Shown here: positions 1 to 11,032 of the stretch, piece by piece
How positions within the stretch are numbered: the first letter of the stretch is position 1
Layout: each line of letters opens with the position of its first letter
NCBI RefSeq assembly: GCF_030028105.1
Contig: NC_092371.1
Coordinates: 14,591,884-14,655,883, forward strand
DNA from: Mobula birostris
Lineage: Eukaryota
Direction: 5' to 3'
Length of the DNA stretch: 64,000 nucleotides
Made by a program: the position numbers and the translations under genes
Notes under the pieces: model-generated
The model's input: only the letters and a program-made list of their open reading frames with translations
Told to the model about the DNA's origin: nothing
Database searches by the model: none

Positions 1-42
1 ACAGCTTAGTAACAATACTTGATGTACAAAACATCGCCTCAC

Positions 43-363
43 CTTGATCTGGTTCAATGGTGATATTGAACACGCTGTTGATTATGGTCTTTCCCGCACC
101 CCCCAGTTGTGCGATACAGGTGCAGACTCCGCCGCTCCTCCATGTTTCCACTGGAATCAGCACCTGACTTCTAACACTATAGCTCTTGTCTGGGTCAAGC
201 GTGCCGGTATTGCTCCATCCTTCCATGGTCTGTCCCGATATGTTCCAGTAAATGACAATCTGGTTGGAAGAAAGGCCGCCGACCAGACACACCAGGGCAA
301 TCGACCTGTTCGTCTCAGACGGTAGGGCAAATATCAGCATGTAGGTCCGGTTGGTGGAACTGT
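43..363 (-). CDS. Exon 3: Ig C1-set constant domain; gene continues off the window
   Basis: Acceptor tctctgtccag|AC at 363. 321 nt, open, phase 1-1: (D)SSTNRTYMLIFALPSETNRSIALVCLVGGLSSNQIVIYWNISGQTMEGWSNTGTLDPDKSYSVRSQVLIPVETWRSGGVCTCIAQLGGAGKTIINSVFNITIEPDQ. Shows LVCLV, Trp 14 residues after the Cys, YSVRSQV E strand and WxxGxxxTC. Donor G|GTGAG at 43/42. Not in the supplied ORF track. Confidence 0.9.
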
Positions 364-447
364 CTGGACAGAGATTGGGATACCGTTAATCGCAGCTTCA
401 CATGGAAGTACATGGAGGAGTATAATCCCAGTGCCGAGTTCTCTTAC

Positions 448-777
448 CTCCAACCAGGAGTGTGTGTCCCTTCGCAAACGTCGTATAGCTATCTGTTCCA
501 AAACAGTGGTAGGAACCCGCATCCTCCACCCGGACGTCCCGGATTTCTAGCACTGAAGTGTGATCGCCAGGGCCTTTTTTGTAAGTAGTCCTACAGTCGG
601 TCTTTCGGCCGTCCGTGGATTTGATCGCAACCAGGGGTTCGTCCGCACGCTGCTTGTACCAGAACACATTGCTTGCGACCTCCAATCTGTACGTGAGTTC
701 GCAGGAGAGTTCAACCGTCTGACCGACATGTGCAGTCACGACAGACGCACTCTCAGAAAACAGCCTGAGTTCTGCAA
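448..777 (-). CDS. Exon 2: Ig V-set domain with in-exon J-like segment (VJ-type)
   Basis: Acceptor ttccag|TT at 777 (an in-phase alternative AG would start the exon at 771). 330 nt, phase 1-1. Encodes (V)AELRLFSESASVVTAHVGQTVELSCELTYRLEVASNVFWYKQ...SVLEIRDVRVEDAGSYHCFGTDSYTTFAKGHTLLVG with B-strand Cys, WYKQ, DxGxYxC and an FxxG-T-L J-like motif. Donor G|GTAAGA at 448/447. No RSS inside the exon. Confidence 0.92.
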
Positions 778-1434
778 CTGGAATTATTATCAATTAATTA
801 AAATTATCTACTATGGAATCAAAGTAAGTAGGATTTAAACACATCGTTCATAGTTAATAGTTTTAGTATGTACTTATTGGCTAAAGTATCTCAAAAACAC
901 CTAACGGTCTACCAGAAGGAAAATAGATGTTAACTTGGTCAAATTCGCAAGAATTTTCCTTTATTCATTTACCGCATCTGTAGCCGGCAAATTAGTGTGT
1001 CCATCTATCCACAGGTGATCTTAAATTGAGAAGTTTGGTGGCCATTTCAGTCAGGTCTCGCCAAACATTCTCCGTCGGGTTTGGCGTTACATACGGGCAC
1101 AGAGAATTAGTGCACAGATACGCTTCACCAACAGAAGAGGAGCGAGACTTACTCAGAAAATATTCAGAATTTATTTAGGTAGTTCTAGAATCAGCATGAC
1201 ATAGATTCTAGCTCTGTAACCTAGATTTATGATTCACTAAAATTATTTCCCCACTCTCCTGGGATGTTGGATGCAGAGAGCGGAGCGGGGGACGTGTGGG
1301 TAACTTAATCCCGATCATTTATCTGGTTTTATAACCGAACAACATTTCCACTGGGATAACAAACATGCAAGGTCCCATTTCTCCCAACATTTCGGATGAC
1401 CTTGTTTGGAAGTTCTCAAGGCCGACTCACTCAC

Positions 1435-1504
1435 CGCAAAGACGAAACATCTGAACAGTAACGAACAGGATCAAAGCTTCCAACAAAATCGTTACTCGAG
1501 CCAT
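1435..1504 (-). CDS. Exon 1 (signal peptide) of a non-rearranging VJ-C1 Ig-superfamily gene
   Basis: ATA ATG G (good Kozak context) at 1504 encodes MARVTILLEALILFVTVQMFRLC, a 23-aa hydrophobic leader, followed by a phase-1 donor G|GTGAGT at 1435/1434. It joins in frame to the V exon (G+TT=Val). Confidence 0.85.
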
Positions 1505-1606
1505 TATTCGGCGACGCTGTGGTCGACTCTCAGGAGTCGGACTGATTTCAGTCGCGGCTCTGTGCAGCCTCTCAGCTGCCGTGGACACTGCTCGATGCCG
1601 AAGTTC

Positions 1607-1621
1607 GGGGCGGGGCTTATA
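1607..1621 (-). promoter_or_regulatory. Candidate core promoter of the VJ-C1 gene (TATAA plus GC box)
   Basis: Minus-strand TATAAG at 1621-1616 next to GGGGCGGGG (1607-1615), about 110 bp upstream of the ATG, in a CpG-rich non-repetitive segment. A TGTGGT (RUNX-type) motif lies at 1518-1523. Motif matches only. Confidence 0.35.
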
Positions 1622-2329
1622 CATCCAACCTGCGCCTTTGTGCTTGTTGCACCAGGTTACCGCGTCAGTTCGTCACAAGATCAAACGGCTACGGATAACT
1701 GTTCGGAAAGTCTGCCAAACAGAGCATACTTTGGTCATGGTTTCTGGGGTGCAGACATGTGTATCGCTGACAAAAGCCGCATTCATTTCCTCTTGGTTAA
1801 ATTCCCGCAGAAGCTGGCGACGAGTCGACTGTGTGTACTTACTGCAGCCCCTCTTGTAATGGTACCAGAGACATTAGAACCAGAGACTTCGGCTGAACAC
1901 AGATGTACAATATAGGATAATTCACGATTTGGAGGAGAACCTGCAGCGGTGTATTCCCGTCCCTGTTACACCTAAACTGCTTGCGCAGGGTTCGGGAAGA
2001 GCTGTTGGAGTTTTCTAGGAGGGTAACTGAAGTGAATTGTGATAGTGCTACCTTACAATGAACGAAACCGAATTTGCCTTGTCGGAACCGCACCAATAGA
2101 GACCAGCAGATAGTATTCTAATGCATTCGTGACCTGTGTTAAGGTAGAAATTGATGGTGTTGTCAAAAAGTATTACTCGCTCTGGGATTTCAACCTCTGA
2201 CCTGCTCTTGCAGTCACTATATTCATGTAGCGAACGGGGTTTATAATAAATGGTGATCCCTGCAGCGTTGTTGAAATGCTGAGACTTTGTAAGGCATTGG
2301 CTAGACAGCAATTGGATTATTGTAGGTAG

Positions 2330-2880
2330 CTTTGGGCTGCTTATCTCAGGGAGGACGAGATTCCATTGGAGACGGTATAGAGCAGGTTCACCAGAATGTC
2401 CGTGGGAATAACAGAGTTAGCATATGAAGAACGTTTGATGGCTCTGCGCTTGTACGTTCAGGGGTTTAGAAAACGGTGGTTGTGATGGTGGTGGTGGTGG
2501 GGTGGGGTACCATCTCATCAAAACCAATCGAATATTGAAAGGCCTATTCAGAGTGGAGGTGGAGCCGATGTTTCCAATTGTGGAAGAGTCTATGAACAGA
2601 GGGCACAACCTTAAAATAGTATGACGTCCCTTCAGAACAGTGAGAAGGAAGAATTTTTTTCTAGCAAGAATGGTGGCGAATCTGTGAAACACATTGCCAC
2701 AGAAGGCTGTGGAGGCCATGTATTGGATGTATTTAAAGCGGAGATTCGTAGGTTCTTGATTAGTAAGGGCATCAAAGGTTTCGGAGGAAAGGCAGGTTCA
2801 AGGCGAAATAAATCAAACATGATAGAATGATGGGGCAGTCTCGATGCGCTGAACAGCTGAATTCTGTTCCTATGTCACAT
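2330..2880 (+). mobile_element. Decayed CR1 LINE 3' fragment
   Basis: Degenerate CR1 RT C-terminus and 3' UTR (agcaggttcaccag, LRxRGxPF-like coding remnants, gggccgaatggcct-like terminal motif). Confidence 0.7.
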
Positions 2881-3521
2881 GGTTACAGGAATACGCAGGA
2901 TTCATTGAAGTGATATTAAATATCGATGCAAGTCCTGTTGGAGATGGCCAGTGCCCCAAGAGTATGTTTATCCCGTGTTATATTTCTATTTATTTAGGCT
3001 TGAATTTTGTTCACATTGCGATTCTCGGGTTCACAGAAAGTCACATAGGGCGCACTATATGAGTAAATTTCCACAAATATGATCATTGTGGGCAGCAGTG
3101 CCTTCAATGTGACATATAACATTAAAGCTAAGAGATTGACATTTGAGCAGCAGCGACAAAACTACAAAAACAGGAAACCCACACGTAAGTTCTAGTTCGG
3201 TCACGTTTTCCACTTTAACTGGTAGCTTTTGCTGCAACTGTTTACCAGTCTTTGAAGCGTCTGAAAATGAAATGCATACACCGTGTTTGATTTTCCCTGC
3301 AATTTCCGCAGCAGCATTTCACTGGACGTCTATGATTACAGCACGTACTGCTGCCTTTGTATCAGGGGCTGATTCGTTTACTTGTTACTGAAGGTCAATT
3401 CTCTCTCGAGCACCGATGTGGTTATGGCACATAACGGCTATTTCGGTCCAAAACCAGCAGTTGTGCTTTGAATTCGTAAATTAAATCTTTTTCACTGTTT
3501 GTCCCTCATCTCAAAGTCATC

Positions 3522-3557
3522 CATTCTGATGAACGGCCTCAGCCCGAAATGTTAACT
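3522..3557 (+). ncRNA. Degenerate hammerhead ribozyme-like motif (Penelope terminal-repeat remnant)
   Basis: CATT-CTGATGA-A-CGGCCTCAGCCC-GAAA-TG-TT-AAC. The core is recognisable but stems I, II and III carry mismatches. Confidence 0.45.
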
Positions 3558-3579
3558 TTTGATCTTTCTACAAAGAAAA

Positions 3580-6500
3580 GAACATAGCACATAGAAAGGC
3601 CAACACAGTACAGGCCCTTTGGCCAACAACGTTGTGCCGATCCTTAAACCCTACCTCCTATATAACCCCCTCCTTAAATTCCTCCATATACCTGTCTAGT
3701 AGTCTCTTAAATTTCACGAGTGTATCTGCCTCCACCTTTGACTCAGGCAGTGCATTCCACGCCCCAACAACTCTCTGAGTGAAATATCTTCCTCTAACAT
3801 CCCCCTTGAACTTTCCACCCCTTACGTTAAAGCCATGTCCTCTTGTATTGAGCAGTGGTGCCCTGGGGAAGAGGCGCAGGCTTTCCACTCTGTGTATTCC
3901 TCTTAATATCTTGTATACCTTTATCATGTCTCCTCTCAACTGTCTTCGCTCCAAAGAGTAAAGCCCTAGCTCCCTCAATCTCTGATTATGATGGATACTC
4001 TCCAAACTAGGCAGCATCCTGGTAACTCTCCTCTGTACCCTTTCCAATGCTTCAACACCCTCGCTATAGTGAGGCGACCAGAACTGGACACAGTACTCCA
4101 AGTGTGGCCTAACCAGAGTTTTATAGAGCTGTATCATTGCCCCGTGGCACTTAAACTCTATCCCTCGACTTACGAAAGCTAACACTCCATAGGATTTCTT
4201 AACTACCCTATCTACCTGTGAGGAAACTTTTAGGGATCTGTTGACAGGTAACCCAGATCGCTCTGCTCCTCGACACTACCATGTATCCTGCCATTTACTT
4301 TGTACTCTGCCTTGGAGTTTGTCCTTCCAAAGTGCACCACTTCACACTTCTCCGGGCAAACTCCATCTGCCACTTCTCAACCCACTTCTGCAACCTATCA
4401 ATATCTCTCTGCAATCTTCAAGAATCCTCTACACTATCCACAACACCAGCAATCTTTGTGTCGTCTACAAACTTGCCAAACCGCCCTTTTAACCCAACAT
4501 CCAGGTCGTTTTAGAAGTCACGAAAAGTAGAGGTCCCAGAACCGATCCTTGTGGGTCACCACTATTCACAACCCTCCAATCCGAATGTATTCCTCCACCA
4601 CGACCCTCTGCTTTCTGCAGGCAAGCCAATTCTGAAACCACCCAACCAAACCTCCCTGGTCCCCATGCCTACTGATCTTTTGAATAAGCATATCGTGTGA
4701 AACCTTGACAAATGCCTTAATAAAATCCATGTAGATCACATCCACTGCACTACCCTCATCGATATGCCTGGTCACCTCCTCAAAGAACTCTATCAGGCTT
4801 GTGAGACATAATCTAACCTTCACAAAGCCATGCTGACTGTCCCTGATCAGGCCATTATTCTCTAAATGCCTATAGATCCTATATCTAAGAATTTTTTCCA
4901 ACAGCTTTCCCACCACAGACGTAAGGTTCACTGGTCTATAATTACCTGGACTATCCCTACTACCTTTTTTGAACAAGGGGAAACATTCACCTCCCTCCAA
5001 TTCTCCGGTACCATTCCCGTGGACAACGAGGACATAAAGATCCTAGCCAGAGGCTCAACAATCTCTTCCCACGCCTCGTGGAGCAGCCTGGGGAATATGC
5101 CGTCAGGCCTCGAGGCTTGTTGTATTTTAACAACTCCAGCATCTCCTTTCCTTCAATGTCAACATGCTGCAGAACATCAATCTCACTCATATTGTTCTCA
5201 CCGTCATCAAATTCCCTCTCATTGGTGAATAACGAAGAGAAGTCTTCATTGAGGATCTCGCTCACTTCCACAGCCCTCAGGCACATCCTCCCACCTTTAT
5301 CACTAATTGGTCCTATCTTCACTCCTGTCATCCTTTTGTTCTTCACATAATTAAAGAATGCCTTGCGGCTTTCCTTTACTCTACTAGCCAAGGCCTTCTC
5401 ATGCCTTCTTCTGAAGCTCCTTTCTTGCAACCCTATATTCCTCAATAGATCCATCTGATCCTTGCTTCCTAATCCTCATGTATGCGGCCTTCTTCCACCT
5501 GACTATATTCTCCACCTCACTTATCACGCATGGGCCCTTCACCCTACCATTCCTTATGTTCCTTACCGGGACAAATTGATCCCTAACATCCTGCAATATA
5601 TCACTAAGCATGTCCATTGTACATTTCCTTGCAAAACTATTTTCCCAATCTCACACCCGCAAGTTCTAGCCTTATCGCCTCATAATTTTCCCTTCTCCAA
5701 TAAAATATTTCCTGTCCTCTCTGATTCTATCCTTTTCCATGATAATGTTAAAGACTAGGGAGCGGTGGTCACTGCCCCCTTGACGCTCACGCACTGAGAG
5801 ATCTGTGACCTGACCTGGTTCGTTACCTAATACTCGATCCAATTTGCCATTCCCCCAAGACCGCCGGTCAACATACTGTGACGGGAATCCGTCGTGGACA
5901 CACGTAACAAACTCTGCCACTTCTAAACCATTGGAACTAATCAGGTGCCAGTCAATATTAGGGTAGTTAAAGTCACCCGTGATAACAATCCTGTTATTTT
6001 TGCACCTTTCCAAATTCTGCTTCTCAATATGTTCCTCGGTATCTCTGCTGCTACCAGCGGTCCTATAGAAGACTCCCAAAAGAGTAACTGCTCCCTTCCT
6101 GTTCCTGACTTCTACCCACTCGGACTCAAAAGAGGATCCTGCTACATTACTCACCCATTCTGTAGCTGTAATAGAATCACTGACCAGTAATGCAAACCCC
6201 CCTCCCCCGCACCCCCAACCCCTTTATTACACTGAAATCCGGGAATATTGAGAATCCATTCCTGTCCTGGTGCCTGTCAAGTCTCTGTAATGGCCACTAC
6301 ATCATAATTCCATGTATGTATCGACACTCTCAGTTCATCACCTTTGTTCCTGATGCTTCTTGCATTGAAGTACACGCACTTTATCCCTTCTACCTTACTA
6401 CCTTTACGTCCTTTATTCTGTTTCTCTTTCCTCAAAGTCTCTGTATATGTTAGATCGGGCTTTACTCCATGTACTGTATTACAGGTCACGCATGATCTTT

Positions 6501-6610
6501 AAATTCCTCCACCTCACTATCTGATCTAACACTCTATTTCCCCTCCCACTGCGAAACTAGTTTAACCTCCCCCCTCCCCCCGAGCAGCACTAGCAAACCT
6601 GCCGGAGTTC
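3580..6610 (-). mobile_element. CR1 LINE, ORF2 (APE endonuclease + RT) with frameshifts
   Basis: ORFs 5672-6154 (GDFNYPNIDW, APE), 4566-5000 (GNYRPVNLTS, QHGFVK, DVIYMDF), 3658-4185 (RPHLEYCVQFWSP), and a simple-repeat tail near 3580. Confidence 0.92.
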
Positions 6611-7624
6611 CGAGTTTTTCAGCATCTGGTGATTACCTTGTGGCGTGTCTTCTTCTTCTTAATCCCTGTGCATCATAGGCCTCTGACAGCATCTTTACAG
6701 AATCCACTGTCGTGTGACCTCTTTTAAATTGTCCCTAGGTGGAGCCCATCTTTGAAGATCTTTGACCACCCACAGATGTGGCTTCTTGAACTTCTTTTGG
6801 CGTATCTGTAGCTATGGGGTTTTATGGGATGGGGGTGTCAGTCCCATGTCCAAGCCTCAGTGTCTCGCGGCCGGGCGAGAGGCCGCCCCTGTAGAAGTTC
6901 ATCTGGTGCTTCTGCTTTCCCGTAACTCATAAGAACAGAGTAACATATGAAATAGGGGCAGGAGTGGGCCATCTGGCATGTAAAGCCTGCACCGCCATAC
7001 AATAGGAACATGAATGACCTGGTCATAAACTTATCTCCATCTACCTGCAGTTTCACAGAAACCCTTAATTACCCTAGTATGCAAAATATATCCGATCTTG
7101 TCTTAAATATATTTGCCGAGGCAGCCTCTATTGCTTCATTGGGTAGAGAATTCCACAGATCCTCTGAACCGCCTCCTAAACCAGTATACCTTTCCTCACC
7201 AGTACCTTGTACAGTTGCAGCATTCTCTTCCTGCTCCTGAATGCAATTCCTCCATCAATGAAGTGCAACATTCCATTTGCCTTCTTGATAGCCTGCTGCA
7301 CCTGCAAACCAAACTTTTATGATCCACGTACACACTCCCAAGTCCCCTTTTGCAAACTGAAAGTGTTTACCCTTTAAATAATAATCTGCTCTTTCGTTTT
7401 CCCTTCCAAGTTAATGCCCTCGCATTTACCAAAATTGTACTCCTATCCAAATTGTGAACCCTTGCCCACTCGCTTAACAAATCTATGCCTCTCTGCGTAC
7501 TCACCGTATCTTCTGCACAATTCGTCTTTCCACACAATTAGTAGAATCAGCAAACTTAGATACACTGCAGTCGGTCCTCTCTTCCAGATCGTTAATGTCT
7601 ATCGTGAACAGTTGCTGGCCCTAT

Positions 7625-9857
7625 TGTACGCGGTGACTGAGGAGAACCCAAGTGCAGGATACCGGCACGTTGACTGAGTTCACCACAAAGAAGAACCCCG
7701 CGCCCACCGGGGAGGAAGAGGGTCGGATAATGCCCGCCGCGACAGATTTACTGATGTAACCTTCCATTGCTTCCCTCTCTGGCCGGGACAAGTTATACAG
7801 CCGACGTGTGGGTAGAGGAGCTCCGGGCAGAGGGTCGATAGCACAATCGTACGGTCGGTGTGGAGGCATGGAAAGGGCACGTTGTTTACTAAACACTTAC
7901 CCCAGATTGTGGTACTCCGCTGGAACTCAGGATTAGACAGTGGGTTTAGCGGCAGATGAGGTCGTGGTGGTTTTTACAGGGGAAATGGCCGACTGTAGAC
8001 AAGTGGCGTGACAAAACGGACTGCAACTGGCTATCTTCCCATAGACCAATCAATGTAAGGTTTATGGCGGCTTCACCAGGGATACCCAAGCACTATCGGA
8101 ACTTGAGGAGAGGAAATTAAGTTAAATTGTACCTGTTCCCGATGGTTCCCAGAGAGAACCAAAGACGGTGGTGAGGTACAGTGAGTGACTGGGGCCAGAA
8201 GTCTTCCGGCATTTTCCCGGTCTTGCAGAGGGGTACTCAACGGCTCCCGAGGAATTCCGGCCTGAGATTCCCCTCAGCACCGGAGCCTATCAAGGCAGAC
8301 AAGGACAGGGACTGTTAGTTGTAGTTTACAGTAGCTTGGATCTACATCCAGGACTGGGGGACAGAAGGGAATGTAGTCTGACTCACCAGGATCCCCCTTT
8401 TTACTGCTGAGCCCTCCCTTTTGGCCGAAGGGAACAGGTAGCACGAAAATGGCCAGACTGACCGCAATAGAAACAATCCCCTGCTCTGAATCTCCGGAGT
8501 CACTCTGAGGGAGAAAGACGGCTCCGTCCCAGCTGCATTGGTTCCTCTCCCGGGGTGGTGGAAACGGCCGGGCCAGATGCTATTCTTGGAGCTGGAGGAG
8601 GAGAGAGGTTAGGGCTGGGACTAGATGGTAAAGCGTGCCGTGTGAGGACCAAAGGAGTAGGACGAGCAGTTCTCTCTCTCTCTGATATTCTCGGAGACAG
8701 TTGTACAGCCTGGTGGCTAGGGAGATAAATGAATCCAGGCTGTTAAGTGTCATCCCTAGCCGCCAACTCGCCCTTTACCTTGTCACAGATGCCTTGCCGG
8801 AATACCACCTGGAGAGCCTCATAATTCCAGCCCGAGTCCGCCACCAGTGTCCGGAACTGGGCGGAGTATTCTGCAACACTATGTGAGCCTTGATGGAGGG
8901 TGAGTCGCCGATTAGCGATATGTTTACCGACAATGGGATGGTCAAAAATCTTCCTTATTTCTGAGATGAAGGTGGGGAAGGAAGAGCAGGTCTGTGGTTG
9001 ATTATCCCAAATCGCGGTGGCCCACGCTAAGGCATTTCATCGCAACAACCCCATAATGTAAGATATTTTGAATCTGTCCTTGGCGTACGTGAATGGCTGC
9101 TGTTCGAACACCAAGGCGCATTGCAGGACAAAAGCCCGGCCCTTCCCCAGATCTTCGGTGTAGGGTTCTAGTTCAGGTACGTGCAGCTCTCTCTTACCGG
9201 ACGTGTTGTTGACGCATCGGGCACCGCCGCTACAGGCTGTCTGAGCTGGTCAGACGGATTTCCCGGAGACGGCGGGGTAAGATGGGTGGATACTCGGTCG
9301 ACCTCCTCACTGACCTTTCTTTCGTCTACTGACAGGGAACGGAGGTTTTCCATGACTTCCAGGAGCTGCCGATCGTGCTGCCCAGTAATGAGCCCTGGCT
9401 GACGAGGGCTTGTTGCAGAGGATTCGTGTTCGCTGGGTTTATGGTGGCTACTTTGTCGTGCTGCACGGGGCGACTGAGGAGAACCCAAGTGCAGGACACC
9501 GGAACGTCGACTGAGTTGGGGATGCTGGCGTAGACGTAAACGTAGAACGGCAAACCGGAGAAATCTTGACAAGGGGATGCGATCTACAGGGACTGTCTTG
9601 AAACTAGAGCAGAAGTTGGAACTGAACTTAGAACCAACGGTTCTAAGCGAACAAGAAAACGAGGTATCACACGAGAATAAACCAACAAACTGGCAAACTG
9701 ACAGAGAAGCCATCGTAATTATTTCACAGTCTCTGATGAAAACCAGGTGTACTGTAATTATGTAAACTAGCAGCAATTGGAAATCTAATGACTGAAATTA
9801 GGGCATAATCAGGGAGAAAGGAGCGTTAAAGGAGAACAGCCAAATGGAACCATGACA
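7625..9857 (-). mobile_element. Internally deleted Ty3/Gypsy (sushi-like) LTR retrotransposon: 5' LTR, gag, protease region, start of RT, partial 3' LTR
   Basis: gag remnant RAFVLQCALVFEQQPFTYAKDRFKISYIMGLLR*NALAWATAIW (about 9000-9140). RT N-terminus [19 protein letters not shown]...[25 protein letters not shown] (ORF 7621-7896). LTR at 9454-9857. Confidence 0.88.
9454..9857 (-). repeat. 5' LTR of the Gypsy element (about 404 bp)
   Basis: TG...CA termini (TGTCATGG... to ...CACGACA on the minus strand), directly followed by the gag start. Its last ~55 nt are repeated at 7625-7680. Confidence 0.75.
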
Positions 9858-11032
9858 GGTCCAGCAGCAATCCATGCGGTACAGCGCTCCCGCTCACGAC
9901 TGATTGCTAACCATAGAAACACCCATGTTCCCAGCTCTCTGCTTTCTATTAGTTAACCAATCCTCTATATATCACCCCGACTCAATACATCCTTATCTTA
10001 TAGGCAAATATTTTATGCGGCACCTTATCGATCGCCTTCTGGAAGTCCAAATAATTAACGTCCAACTGCTCCCCTCTATCCACTGCGCTCGTTATATCCT
10101 CAAAGGTCTCCAGTACATTTGGCAAACAGGACCTGTCTTTCTTGATTCCATGCTGCGTCTGCCTGATGATCCATAAGTATCCATTTCGTCTTTATTGATA
10201 GTTTCAATAATTTAACCAACTACGTATGTTAAACTAATTCGCCTATAGTTACCTGTCTTTTGCTTACATCCATTTTGAACAGTGGCGTGACATATACTGA
10301 CTTGCAATCCGTCGGGAACTACCCAGAGTCCTGGGAATTTTGGTAAATTATCATCAAGCCCAATACTGTAACTTCTGTTATTTCTTTCATTACCCTGGGA
10401 TGCATTCCATCAAGACCAGGGAACTTGTCTATTTTTTGGACCAAGGTTTGCTCAACACTACCGTTTTAGTCACGGCTACTGTATTGAGGTCATCACCTCC
10501 CATCGCATACACAACATCTCTTTTTGGCATGTTAGACAGATCCTCTACCGTAAAGACAAACACACCATAGTCCTTCGTAGCCTCTGTCATTTTTTCTCAT
10601 TAGCCAATATCAATTCCCCTTTCTCCCCCTCCAAGGCATCTACGTTCATTTTAGCCACCCTTTCCACTTTATATGATAATAACAAATTTATAATACGTTT
10701 TTATATTTTGTGCCAGATTATATTCATAATCTAGTTTCCCTTTCTTGCTTAGTGTCTTCTGTTGCTTTTTAAAGTGTCCGCAACCTTCCGTTTCCCAATA
10801 GTCTTGGCGACTTTTCTGTCACAATGGGGGCGCTGGTAGCGAACCCAAATGCAACACACAGACACTTAAGTAGTAGTAACAGGACAAAGATGCAGGGGCT
10901 GGGCTAGGACATGGACAAGAAGAAGGGAAACCGGACAAGAATCTATGAACTAGGAGCCTGGGCTTGAACTCCAAGCCACAGACTGGAAAAGGACATAGAA
11001 CCTGGGTCTTGCCTCTGGCTCGGGCCCCAGAA

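Larger units (their letters stand above)
6930..10800 (-). mobile_element. Older CR1 LINE RT region interrupted by the Gypsy insertion at 7625-9857
   Basis: CR1-type RT sequence on both sides of the Gypsy element; the two flanks read through as the [11 protein letters not shown] region of the RT. Confidence 0.7.

Noticed and set aside
44-325. Plus-strand 93-aa ORF (and 560-838)
   Set aside because: These are antisense shadows of the real minus-strand C1 and V exons.
398-793. Treating the 131-aa ORF as a single-exon gene
   Set aside because: Its first residues (MIIIP) and its tail (KRTRHWDYTPPCTSM) are intronic read-through. Splice sites at 777 and 448 define the true exon.
2048-2311. Minus-strand ORF containing AGLYWCG, resembling an Ig F strand, upstream of the VJ-C1 leader
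   Set aside because: There is no B-strand Cys or C-strand Trp at suitable spacing, the conserved Asp and E-strand Leu are missing, and I found no phase-compatible splice sites. Probably chance.
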